Positions 10,241 through 20,262 of a DNA stretch of 64,000 bases are shown one piece after another. The DNA comes from Candidatus Poribacteria bacterium (GTDB taxonomy: Bacteria; Poribacteria; WGA-4E; UBA9662). The notes under the pieces are model-generated. The model searched no databases. It was not told the origin of the DNA and saw only the letters and a list, made by a program, of their open reading frames with translations. Both the position numbers and the translations under genes were made by a program. The stretch covers positions 5,250-69,249 of the forward strand of contig JAYGDX010000259.1 in NCBI GenBank assembly GCA_046582655.1, given 5' to 3'. Within the stretch, counting starts at the first letter, position 1, and every line of letters begins with the position of its first letter.

Positions 10241-10969
10241 CTGTCGGTTTTTTGATACATTTTGATGGAATAACAATTTCCTCTTCAACCCTTCACTCCA
10301 TTCAATGGAGGTAACTCTAGACAGAACTCGATCTTTGTGTAACTAACATAGGTCTGATATAAACAATTGGGTGACAAAAATTTCAGCCATGACACCAACC
10401 TAAGGGTTTCAGGTAGAGCATACTGCTATCCAAATCTCTGATCCAAAGCTAATGGAAGGTCAGTTAGGTGTCATCTTGAATAGACTTTGTTGCCAACCTG
10501 AGTGCCAGATACAATTTCAAGTTCTTGACCCATCTTTGGTATCTACTTATGTTTATAAAGGTTACCAATCTTTGTTGGTTGAAGGAGAGAACGTCTGTTT
10601 CTATCTTCCTGCCGAAAATGCAATTTTTGTTCCTTTTGATCGATGGATGTTTAGCTAGGAAGGTCGCCCATCTCTATATTATCAGGAAGAGATATCTAAC
10701 AAAATTTATCATCTGTATTTGACACACTCATTAAGACAGAATTCCTATTACTATCAGGTAATTAGCCGCTATGGGGTCAAGGCAAAAGTCTTCATCAGGC
10801 ACAAGCAGATCCTTTGATGATCGTTTTGATGAAGCTGAGAGAGTGGAACCAATTATACCATTCTAAAGTTGTAAAGGGATGTAAAATCGGGCGACCTCAG
10901 GTGTGTAATCAGCTCGAACTGAAATTTTCCCTTCTAGGAGTGGTGCTGGATAAATAAGGGCGATTATCG

Positions 10970-12967
10970 TTATTCACCCAATGCGTAAACTACAAATTCA
11001 TGATTTTGATACAGTATGGGAAAGTTAAGTTGGTGCTCCTTACCTACCACGGCCAATGAAACACCATACTTTTCTCGCAGTTGCTGAAATCGTGCTTCAT
11101 TGAATGATTGGTAACCGTCAAGTTCTTCCATTCGTGACCACCAAATTTTGGCATAGCGCTCAGAGAAGACGCAAGGAGCACCGTCCTTCCAGTCACCAAC
11201 ACTGCTTCGGCGGGAGTGGATGCGAAATCCTGTTGTCTTGGGGGGAACGAAAAATGTTGATTCCACGGGTGTATTCGTCTTACACCACTGTCCCACATCA
11301 GCCCAACTACTAGGCGGCAATTTGCCCGGAAGGTTGACGTGATGTATCAGTTGTCCTCTTATTAGGACCTGATCCAGCTTGCTGGAATTGAGCATCAGAA
11401 GTGCTAGAACAGTAGTTAAGATTATACCTCCGGCAGCAAAATTTTCTACCTTTCTCAAGTTCCTACACTTGGCCAGAAAACCAACTAGCTTAACGAAAAT
11501 GAGTCCGGCTAACACCAGCCAGAAGATGTTCCAGCTTAACGCCTCAGCAAAGAATCGGCGAAAAGCCCAGATAACTGATAGCCAGATAACGCTCCCAATG
11601 ATGAGACTGATCCAAGTGAAAAGAGTCCTTCTCTTCGGGGCAGGGGAAAGGCGCGCAAAGTGAAAACAGATACACCAGCAGACTAGCGTGACACTTCCTA
11701 ATATCAACTGATGATGTGATCCACTTGTAAAAAGCGAGGCTACCAGGGCAATTATCAATGCGCCAGCCAGCGAACCGACAAACGGGCATGCGACACGAAA
11801 TGCGAAGTAAAATTTTATCGGCTGGTTGGTAGGTTGGCTGGCTAATGTGCTAATCGGGGATCTAGACTTTTGATAATGCTGAAACCCCTCCCACAAGAGC
11901 CAAGCGGCGTAAATCATTGATAAATTGACAATCAGGTGGAGGCCACGTAGTATCTGTAACTGTACGATGAGCGGTAGCGGATACCATTCAACAAATGCAC
12001 TACCGATGAAGAACAATCCAACGCAGATAACCACCACACCAAATGCCCAGAAGTTCGTCTGTGGAAAGATCGTGCTGTTTGTATTGGTATGAGTATCAGA
12101 TGGTCTTCTATGGCGAAAAAAGAGTATAGCTAGCAGAATAACTGTGTAAGCGACTAGCGATAGAAAGGCCTCGCGATTCCATACAGAAATGAAAATATAG
12201 CTATCGCGTTCTTTAATAATCTCTAGCCACTGTGGGTTGGATCGAGAGAAAGGACTTAAATCGGAGTGGCTAGCACGGTCGATCAGGAAAACGCGAATTA
12301 CTAGGGGAAGGATACAAACTGTAAACACGCCAAGTGCCTTCGCCGGCAAACGCCAGCTCTGACAAAATGTTTCAATTAATAATCTGAATCCTAACAGGGA
12401 AATTAGGGGGACCGCCGTAATCGGATGGATCAGGAAAACGACGCCGCAGATTATAGCGGCAAGTATAGACCGACCTCGGAAATAGGGGATCAGAAAGGCG
12501 ACTGCCAAGGGCATTGCTGTTGAGCGGAGAGTAAGGAAGATGTCTTGCGTAGCCGTGGCTGTTCCTCCAACAGGTTTGGGGATGACAAGAAAAAGCACGG
12601 CCAGCGCGGCTGCCCCGCGACTGTTGAAAAGATTCAAGGAAAGATGGTAAATCGCCCAAAAAAGCGCAAAACGTGTCAGTATATAACCAAGAAAGAAAAT
12701 CCATTCCAAGGGAAAGAATCGAGCCAACGTGGCCATAGCCAGTATCCAAAAATTGTACTCCCCCGATGGTTCATCGAACAGATAGTCTCTTGGAAAGAGA
12801 TCTGGGTTCACCAAGCGGTCAATCATCGGGATGTAAAACGCGTGGTCGTTGAAGCCGTAACGATAACCGTTGACCAGTAACCCGACAGCCGAGATCAGTA
12901 GGAGGAATACAATTACCCGAGGTTGTTTTTCGATTCGGATATTATTGGTTTGAGTTGACATGGTCAT
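10970..12967 (-). CDS. Large polytopic membrane protein of unknown function (665 aa, at least 12 predicted transmembrane helices plus a roughly 150-aa soluble C-terminal domain).
   Basis: Hydrophobic helices occur throughout the translation. The first extracytoplasmic loop, YRYGFNDHAFYIPMIDRLVNPDLFPRDYLF, is reminiscent of GT-C-type membrane glycosyltransferases, but no firm family assignment is possible. The stop is TAA. Confidence 0.7.
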   Translation of the reverse strand: MTMSTQTNNIRIEKQPRVIVFLLLISAVGLLVNGYRYGFNDHAFYIPMIDRLVNPDLFPRDYLFDEPSGEYNFWILAMATLARFFPLEWIFFLGYILTRFALFWAIYHLSLNLFNSRGAAALAVLFLVIPKPVGGTATATQDIFLTLRSTAMPLAVAFLIPYFRGRSILAAIICGVVFLIHPITAVPLISLLGFRLLIETFCQSWRLPAKALGVFTVCILPLVIRVFLIDRASHSDLSPFSRSNPQWLEIIKERDSYIFISVWNREAFLSLVAYTVILLAILFFRHRRPSDTHTNTNSTIFPQTNFWAFGVVVICVGLFFIGSAFVEWYPLPLIVQLQILRGLHLIVNLSMIYAAWLLWEGFQHYQKSRSPISTLASQPTNQPIKFYFAFRVACPFVGSLAGALIIALVASLFTSGSHHQLILGSVTLVCWCICFHFARLSPAPKRRTLFTWISLIIGSVIWLSVIWAFRRFFAEALSWNIFWLVLAGLIFVKLVGFLAKCRNLRKVENFAAGGIILTTVLALLMLNSSKLDQVLIRGQLIHHVNLPGKLPPSSWADVGQWCKTNTPVESTFFVPPKTTGFRIHSRRSSVGDWKDGAPCVFSERYAKIWWSRMEELDGYQSFNEARFQQLREKYGVSLAVVGKEHQLNFPILYQNHEFVVYALGE

Positions 12968-13140
12968 CCATTGAACTCAGAGCAATCGGGTTGGAAAGTT
13001 ATCCTCTGTTCGATTCCAATGTTTAAATGTTGTCATTGATTTGTTCCTTTTTGATCTAATTATTTGTCATCATGGCCGACGAGTGAACAATTGATTCTAC
13101 AGAATTCTAATTTCTTCTAATCCTTTCAGCCACACGTCTT

Positions 13141-15117
13141 TTATGCACCGGGTAAAGCATGACGGTAATCTACGCCGGTAAACATCCCAAGAATCGTCCA
13201 TATTCCAACAATACAATACTCACCTAGTATCAATCCTATAAATAATGGTTTATAGCGCCGATAGATGCTGATACCACCAGTTTTCAGTATCACGTACTTC
13301 AAAAGCCAGCCTATAAACATCGAAGACCAAAGAAAGTATGAAGAGTAGACTGCTCCCATCACATATCCAATTGGGTGAAGCTGCCACCAGATAAAATGAT
13401 GTCGCATCATCAGAAGCAAAGTCGTGATGCCGAACCCTAAAACCATGCTGTACACTTCGCCCCATTTTGTTCCCTGCGGATACTGGATTAAGGAAACAAT
13501 ATGGTTGAAGTATCTTGGCGCACCTACAAATGGTCCTCTTTGCAGATTCAGACCGCCTTTGTCGTAGACCAAAGGTAAAAAAGCGACATAGGAAACCCCA
13601 ATTGTAACCAGCATGGCTATTATCATTGCTGCTAACAAATCCCTTCGATTTAAGCTCACCGGATCGGTAATTTTGAAACCGTGCAGGATATTCGGCATCA
13701 TAATCTGTCCCCAGTCACGCATCATAACTCTTTGAAATCCTAAGAGCGTTAAACTGCTAGAGTCTATTTTTCGAGTGCCGACTGTTACTTCGAAATATTC
13801 TGAGGGATAAATTGGCGCTTGAATTAGCAGCATACCACCGTTGACCACCATCCATGTCAAGGAGGTAGAGATAATGAAAAAGATGATGATAATGCTTAAT
13901 GCTACCCATAGTGTCATCCCTGCGTATGTACATAGACAGCCGAGTAAAAGACAACCACCGATCAACCCTATCAGCGCCAACCGGTAAGATAACGGTTCGC
14001 TAGAATCGTCGATCTCGTTACTTCGTAATGACAAGGTTTTTTTCAAAATGTTTTTGAGATGAGATCTGCTTTTGACCAGGAAAGCGACAGTTAGGACCAG
14101 ATAGACTGACATGGTCTGACCTCTGGCGGAGATCCAGGGATTAATCGGAATCGAGTAAGTATTGATAATGAGATACTGAAGTTTGAAAAACAGAAAGAAA
14201 AACCAACAGCTAAACGAGACTTCCAAAGCAAGCAAATAGGTAATGCCGATAACAGAAAAGTAGAGAAACAACCTGAACTGGGGCCACCAACCCATTACAA
14301 TCCATGGTCTTCCGATAAATGGTTTATAGAGGTCGTATCGATTAGGAATACGAGGCAGAGCAGGAAAATACTCGTGCAGGCCGTTGAGTATGTGAAAGGT
14401 GGCGGCAATCAGAAAACCTATCCACATCAACTTTTTTTTAAACAACATGCTAAAAAGCTTGTTTTCAGCAGTGGAATAAACCATTTCCGCTGAAACAGAC
14501 GCCAGTGGAAAGTCGAATCGTTCATGTTCAACCCACTGTTTCCGCAGAATCACGGACAAACAAATAGTCACAAAATACAGAATGATGATAAAAATGCTCC
14601 AAGCGATAAGCGGTTTGGTCCAAACACTCCACGGAACTGACACATCGCCTTCGTAAAAATCTTCCACTGCCCTGATATCCCAGACTACCAGCCACTCTGG
14701 CAGGTGCGGGTGGAGGACTTCTTTCCATTCGTTCTCTGGTTTTGCAAGATAAAGAGGTGCCACCAAAAATGGTATCAAGAATCCCATCATCCCTTTAGAG
14801 GGAATGGCCGAACTGACCAACAGCATTATCCAGATTGTAATCAACTCTCCGGGGGTTAGTCTTCCACTTATAGGCATGGCTTTTTTTATAAATGGGTTGA
14901 TTCCAAAAGTGAGAAAAATCAACACAAATGCTGCTCCTAGAGGAAAATGACTGCCGGAGATTTCTGTGCCTTGAATATAATAATCGTTATAGGGCGTAAT
15001 TGCTGTTTGAACCACGGTGAATCCTAAACCTATGATAATAGCTCTAGGGCTCACCCTTGAAGTTAGCCGATTTTTCATCTTTCTCAAGTCATACGGAGAG
15101 TGAAGTGGACTAGACAT
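13141..15117 (-). CDS. Large polytopic membrane protein of unknown function (658 aa).
   Basis: The ORF has many hydrophobic segments and Trp/Tyr-rich interhelical loops. It sits 173 bp upstream of the 10970..12967 gene on the same strand. No recognisable catalytic motif is seen. Confidence 0.7.
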   Translation of the reverse strand: MSSPLHSPYDLRKMKNRLTSRVSPRAIIIGLGFTVVQTAITPYNDYYIQGTEISGSHFPLGAAFVLIFLTFGINPFIKKAMPISGRLTPGELITIWIMLLVSSAIPSKGMMGFLIPFLVAPLYLAKPENEWKEVLHPHLPEWLVVWDIRAVEDFYEGDVSVPWSVWTKPLIAWSIFIIILYFVTICLSVILRKQWVEHERFDFPLASVSAEMVYSTAENKLFSMLFKKKLMWIGFLIAATFHILNGLHEYFPALPRIPNRYDLYKPFIGRPWIVMGWWPQFRLFLYFSVIGITYLLALEVSFSCWFFFLFFKLQYLIINTYSIPINPWISARGQTMSVYLVLTVAFLVKSRSHLKNILKKTLSLRSNEIDDSSEPLSYRLALIGLIGGCLLLGCLCTYAGMTLWVALSIIIIFFIISTSLTWMVVNGGMLLIQAPIYPSEYFEVTVGTRKIDSSSLTLLGFQRVMMRDWGQIMMPNILHGFKITDPVSLNRRDLLAAMIIAMLVTIGVSYVAFLPLVYDKGGLNLQRGPFVGAPRYFNHIVSLIQYPQGTKWGEVYSMVLGFGITTLLLMMRHHFIWWQLHPIGYVMGAVYSSYFLWSSMFIGWLLKYVILKTGGISIYRRYKPLFIGLILGEYCIVGIWTILGMFTGVDYRHALPGA

Positions 15118-15271
15118 AAGGTCTCACCGCGTTTTATCTGAACTTGGGCCATGATTAAGCTCGATTTTACTGGTGTTCGATTTGTGTTGATCAGTGAGCC
15201 AAATGATGGAGCTCACTGATCGGTCTCTCAAGTTTTCTTTGGCGTTTGGTTTTGACTCACCGTTTTGGTAG

Positions 15272-15780
15272 TCAATGCTGACGTAGTGGATGATCTACTA
15301 GCAAAGACCAATCCGGTTGATCTTCCGGATTGTTGAGTGCTCCATGGGCGTTTCGGATAACTTGGCGTTGATTGTCGTACCAATCGCTGTAACTTGTGGC
15401 AGGATGCACATCGTCGTTTCGCATGACTAGTAGTTTTCGGAGTGAGTCATCTAGTTTTCTCCTGATTTTTCGGACTTTCGGCTTTTGCATCAAATTGTGC
15501 ATCTGAAGCGGATCGGTTTCTAGATCGTACAATTCTGTCAATCTATCTCTCCAACGTGTGTAGTTATGATGTGTTGTCCGAACACTATGTCATTCCTAAC
15601 CATCGACTCAGTAGTTGTGAGTGACACCAAAGTTCATGGTTAAGACAGCTTCCTGCTCAAACGTGCCTGACCTGCCCAGCCGAGCGTCTGAGAAATCGTA
15701 TCCTTCGATATTACGCGGAATTGGTAGATCTAAAAAACCATTTAACGATGGAAACAGATCAAGAGTCATGGAAATAAATT
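15272..15780 (-). pseudogene. Sulfatase C-terminal remnant (the N-terminal catalytic two-thirds is missing and the rest is frameshifted).
   Basis: One minus-strand frame gives ...TLDLFPSLNGFLDLPIPRNIEGYDFSDARLGRSG... (the sulfatase DLFPTLLDLAGIP...GRSL region) and stops at 15603. A second frame (ORF 15272..15541) gives NYTRWRDRLTELYDLETDPLQMHNL, the sulfatase ELYDL.DP.E..NL C-terminal motif. Upstream sequence is occupied by the end of gene 15893..18115. Confidence 0.6.
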
Positions 15781-15892
15781 GAAAAGCAATACCATGAGTA
15801 ACAACACTGCAGATACGTGCATTTTCCTGCCTTTGATCCTCCCAAAACGAGATCTTCGATGGATTTCCAGCATCCTTCCCAACGGAAGGGTA

Positions 15893-18094
15893 TTACCATG
15901 GAAAGTTGTAGGACGGTTTGTGGACGAAACGCTTTGTGGTGATGTCAAGCTTTATCTGCGACTGTGGTGGCAGGTGAACCGTCAAGCGTGTACCGTTTAC
16001 AGGCAGTGACGCCTCCTCCTCCAACTGAGGTTGGTACGCTGCGTCGGCAAACTCGTGCTCAGCGTAGGTACCGGCCTGAACAATTACGTCTTGTGAATGT
16101 GTGAGACTGAGGTTGAGCAGATGTAGGACAGTGCGATCCGACGCCAGCTCAGAAACCAGAGCTGCAACATCCGGTGGCAACCCCGGCCGCTTGTTCATCG
16201 GGTCGAAGTGACGTACGCGCGCCATCAGCAATCCACCGTTGTAGAATGGCAGTGGCGCACCCATGGTCAGGTTAACTAGCCCCTCGACGCTGACCGGATT
16301 GCGGTAGATAAGGCTGAACCCATCGTTTTCTTTCGGCTGATGCTGGCGAATCTCATCCAAGCGGCCGTTCACCTGCGCAATATTGTATTTCAGGATCTCT
16401 TCTGGATATGTCGGATATGTGCCGTCTAGATAAGCCTGCCAGGCGGCTTCGTGCCCACCGTGGTCCTTGGACATAAAACGGCTGATCGATTCGATCCTCT
16501 CCCAATCGCGGGACCAGCGTGCCTCAGGATCATGATTGCGGATTTTCTTAGAGCGCTCAAGGTCGGCCAGATCCATTGACATATTCCAGAGATGTGCCGG
16601 ACCAACCGGGTCCATGGGCATAAACTTAAACCAGCCGTTGACTTCTTGGCACGTCCCATCAGGATTTCGCAGAACCGGGAGGAACGACAGCGGTGCATTG
16701 ACCACCTTTTCTGGGTCGCCGTGCTTGTGAGGGACATAGACTGTATTATTCTTGGCGATACCTAACCCAATGAGCAAATCAATCTGGCTACGCAGCAGGT
16801 CGAGGTAGACGGAATCACCAGTCACCAGCAACGCATTTTCGGCGGCCATCCCCGTGGATTGAGCGTATCCGCCCCATCCATGGTAGACAGTCCAGCCGTA
16901 GTAGCCACCATGCCACTTGCCGTTGATGTATTCACCAATCTTGCCTGATAAGCCGACATTGTCGGGCAAGATCCCCCCGTTCTCCTGCACTCTCTTGATC
17001 CAAGCGTTGGTATATTCCGTGATCCACGTGCGATACTTATCCTCACCCGTGGCCAGGAAAGCGTTGAGCATAAGGCTAGTAACAGCCAGGTTGATAGGAC
17101 CATCGCCACGTCCCCACCGGGCATGCGCTACTGCTGCCATCTTCTTCATGTTATCATCTGCGTTCAAATCGGCGTAGCTAGCAATACCTGGCACATCGTA
17201 GAACGGAAGTCCATAGTGCTCCATAGTCCAGACGTACTCCCAAGGCTTGTCGGGCGTCCACGGTAGCGGCCCGTTGCTGCCAGTTTGGGTGTTGAGGATC
17301 AGTTTGTGGTCAGGATCGTAGTTTTTCACGTCGGGATTTTCGTTCAGGTAGAGACCAGCGAAACGCTGAGCACGATCAATAAATTTTGGGTCGGATGGAT
17401 CGGCTAAGCATAGCATATAGAACAGGTGACAACCTTCACCGAGATGAAACCAGTCGCCGCAGCGGTGGAACTCATTGTCCAGAGTGCCGTTGTCGGCAAA
17501 GTGACGAGTGATGGCCTCCCACTGTCGCTTGGCAAGTGGGAGGAAACGGGCATCGCCACCGAGCGCGTAGAACGTTGGCCAATTGTGGAACGTCTCGTAA
17601 GAATCGTCCAGTTTGCCCCAACAATTGTACCGGAAAGAACCATCGTCCTTCAGGTACTTCTCAATGAATACGTCGACGGATGTGTTCATCTGGTCGATAA
17701 GCTGTCGCTGTAGCACAGCCCATTCCGGAGGTTGGTCGAATGTCATGGTTGCATCAATGTGCGGGATGACACGGTCATTAGCTGCCCAACACCAGCTTGA
17801 GCAACTGAACACGAGGATTACTGCCAGAATACACCCAATTGTTTTGCCAAGTCGTGATCTGCCATATCTGGTCATATATTCCTCGTTATGTTTCAATTTA
17901 GCACAGTTAGGTATTAATTGATTCGCTCGAACTGGAAGCCGCGCGAGGCATCTTGAGCGTCCATGCGTAAAAGTCGAACTGCCCGGCCATATCCTTACCC
18001 ATTCTTGTTGTGTTAGTCGCGCGATAGCGAAAGCAGGTAGGAGAAAAAGTATAGCTGTGGTCAGCACCGACAGTCGCTTGAGTATGTGTGTCAT
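15893..18094 (-). CDS. Hypothetical secreted protein of about 730 aa (start uncertain between 18094 and 17875).
   Basis: The long ORF has two consecutive signal-peptide-like segments. MTHILKRLSVLTTAILFLLPAFAIA begins at the ATG at 18094 (RBS ACGGAGA). MTRYGRSRLGKTIGCILAVILVFSCSSWCWA begins at the ATG at 17875 (RBS GAGGAA). The Trp/Gly-rich body (GGYYGWTVYHGWGGY) suggests a carbohydrate-active enzyme, but it is unassigned. Confidence 0.65.
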   Translation of the reverse strand: MTHILKRLSVLTTAILFLLPAFAIARLTQQEWVRIWPGSSTFTHGRSRCLARLPVRANQLIPNCAKLKHNEEYMTRYGRSRLGKTIGCILAVILVFSCSSWCWAANDRVIPHIDATMTFDQPPEWAVLQRQLIDQMNTSVDVFIEKYLKDDGSFRYNCWGKLDDSYETFHNWPTFYALGGDARFLPLAKRQWEAITRHFADNGTLDNEFHRCGDWFHLGEGCHLFYMLCLADPSDPKFIDRAQRFAGLYLNENPDVKNYDPDHKLILNTQTGSNGPLPWTPDKPWEYVWTMEHYGLPFYDVPGIASYADLNADDNMKKMAAVAHARWGRGDGPINLAVTSLMLNAFLATGEDKYRTWITEYTNAWIKRVQENGGILPDNVGLSGKIGEYINGKWHGGYYGWTVYHGWGGYAQSTGMAAENALLVTGDSVYLDLLRSQIDLLIGLGIAKNNTVYVPHKHGDPEKVVNAPLSFLPVLRNPDGTCQEVNGWFKFMPMDPVGPAHLWNMSMDLADLERSKKIRNHDPEARWSRDWERIESISRFMSKDHGGHEAAWQAYLDGTYPTYPEEILKYNIAQVNGRLDEIRQHQPKENDGFSLIYRNPVSVEGLVNLTMGAPLPFYNGGLLMARVRHFDPMNKRPGLPPDVAALVSELASDRTVLHLLNLSLTHSQDVIVQAGTYAEHEFADAAYQPQLEEEASLPVNGTRLTVHLPPQSQIKLDITTKRFVHKPSYNFPW

Positions 18095-18433
18095 AGTTAG
18101 TCTCCGTTTTGGCATCTAAATCGTGGTGTTTCAGAAACAGCATCTGCACCACCTATCTTTCGGGGTCAACGTTGATCTTCGGCACAAAATATGATTCCCG
18201 TGGAATCAACCATACAATTAAGTTGCAGTAAATGCCAAATGCACCCAATTCACTTTTAAGTTAAATTACATTAATTCGTTCAGATTGTCTAAATTGGCAT
18301 GCTGAAGCAGGATAGCCCCTTGACCTGGAACAAGGTAACCAGATTGATCGATGCTTTAAACATCATATGGTTGGTTCGAACGTGGACCATGAATTAGCTA
18401 CTGTTCCCTTCTGGATCAAAGAAAAAAGATGGG

Positions 18434-19399
18434 TTACCTAATCTTGATCTTCACCAAATAGATGCTTGTCTTTCCTTCATGTGATGAGTAGTAGCTCATC
18501 CACAACAGGTCATCGTGCCATACCAACCCTGGATAGCTGCAATCACCACCGCTAGGCACCGTGAGAACAGGTTCGTAACTGTCTCGCCTCATGCGGGCAA
18601 GAACAGTGGTTGGCTTTTCGCCAGAGCGTCGTCCAGCTGCCCATAGCCCACCATCTGGCAGGCGGATAAAGTTGGGGCCACCAATGTTCTCTTCCATTTT
18701 AGTCCACGACCATTTTGTGTAGGGCTGACGGCTTGTACCGATCCAGTGGGGTCGTGTAAGAGCAATCATCTCACCACCGGGCAAGAACCGGAGCGTCGTT
18801 TCGCTGGCGTTCCAAGTATTGTTAGGTAGGCGGAACTCGGTGATCCACTCCCAATCAAGAGCATCACGGCTACGATACAACATACACCTCCGTGGGTCGC
18901 GACCTTCACCCAGTTTGCTGACACCCCATGCCCAACCGTCCTGCCAGGTTACACGCCAAAGCCAGTGATCTTCGGCCAAGAGTTTTCTTGGTTCGGTCCA
19001 ATCGTAGCCATCCTTGGAGAACGCCACTCGCGGCGACCGAGTCTGGCAGGTACCTCGGGCATCATAGACGCTACCTCCCATGATCAACATCAAACGATCG
19101 CTAGGCATGATAGAGAGTTTGGGATCCCGTAAGTCAGTCCCTTTCTGTTCAAGCGATGCTGCCGACTTCCAGCAGTCCCCATTCTCCGACATGATTATCC
19201 TTATTGTACCGTTGCTACCTCCATGGTCTTGAGCCTCACGGAATGTACACCACCAGCGATTGCGAAAGTAAATCAAATCGGTGAAAGCGCTGTGTGGGGC
19301 GCGATCCCAAATTTTTCTGGCCGAAACGATATTCGGTTCCTCTGCCTCGAGCAATTGTGAGATCGTAGTAAACAAACAGGTTAGGAAATTGGTTATCAT
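18434..19399 (-). CDS. BNR-type sialidase/neuraminidase-like glycoside hydrolase family protein.
   Basis: The 321-aa ORF has the N-terminal region ...KIWDRAPHSAFTDLIYFRNRWWCTFREAQDH.., characteristic of BNR_2 exo-alpha-sialidase-like proteins. It also has an ATG start and a signal-like N-terminus. Confidence 0.7.
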   Translation of the reverse strand: MITNFLTCLFTTISQLLEAEEPNIVSARKIWDRAPHSAFTDLIYFRNRWWCTFREAQDHGGSNGTIRIIMSENGDCWKSAASLEQKGTDLRDPKLSIMPSDRLMLIMGGSVYDARGTCQTRSPRVAFSKDGYDWTEPRKLLAEDHWLWRVTWQDGWAWGVSKLGEGRDPRRCMLYRSRDALDWEWITEFRLPNNTWNASETTLRFLPGGEMIALTRPHWIGTSRQPYTKWSWTKMEENIGGPNFIRLPDGGLWAAGRRSGEKPTTVLARMRRDSYEPVLTVPSGGDCSYPGLVWHDDLLWMSYYSSHEGKTSIYLVKIKIR

Positions 19400-20167
19400 T
19401 GTTTTTTTCCCTACTCGAAATATTGAGAGTGTAGCACAACTCTCAGTTCAATGTCATCCATTCCCAAACACATATTGGTATAAAGAGCTCTGATGGTCTC
19501 GAATCGGCAAGTCATAATCCACCGTCACAAATTCGGCTTTACACATGATGATGCATATGGAATAACAGTGCATTTCTCTGATCGTCTGGTCCTAGGCTTT
19601 GTGCCGATGTGCACACCAATGTGCCCAGAGGGAAGTGCATCATTGTGGTTGGCCACTTGAGTTCGGCATGAATCGTATCTGGACTTTCCGTCTACGTTTA
19701 CTGGGTTTGTCAATTCTACAACCAATACCAAGGCCATCGTAGTGAAAAGGATCTGAGGACGCGCTGATAACCAAGCCTGTTTCTAGGAGATGGCATATTT
19801 GACGACTAGCAAGTGACAGCAGCCCAGTATGCCATTGAAGTCTAGTTCAAACCATTGTGGGCGATATGTATAGCTTTGGGTTACTAGCTTCTAGCTGGAA
19901 AGAAGTGATATGTTTCGCTGTTTTGGAACCTGGTCTTTTTTGCTTGAAAATTATCCGACTCTTTGTATGTACCGCTGTTGGGATCTTATTGTGTGTAAAT
20001 AAGATTGGGCGAAAAAAACAGTCTGATAGGATCTTCACCAAGGCGGCAATAATTAACGATGACTATATATATCAAGAAAACCTGCTCGCCTAGTTTAGTT
20101 AACTCGACTATAATGAACGTAGTTTGTGGCTAAATTTAGGTTCATATTACATATGGGGTTTGACACA

Positions 20168-20198
20168 GATCGAGTGCGAGTTAGAGACGCACTCGATC
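20168..20198. promoter_or_regulatory. Perfect 11-bp inverted repeat, GATCGAGTGCG-N9-CGCACTCGATC.
   Basis: The repeat is read directly from the sequence, 65-95 nt upstream of the amidohydrolase start (20263). No T-run follows, so it is more likely an operator or 5'-leader structure than a terminator. Confidence 0.3.
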
Positions 20199-20262
20199 CT
20201 GTAAGCAAGACCAACGGAGAAATGAGCTGGGAGTTACTCAACCGGATACCTCTCGGAGTGGT

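Noticed and set aside
18330-18400. GGTTCGAAC string suggesting a tRNA T-loop.
   Set aside because: No cloverleaf can be built: there is no matching T-stem, acceptor stem or anticodon arm in the flanking sequence. It is most likely a chance match within a promoter region.
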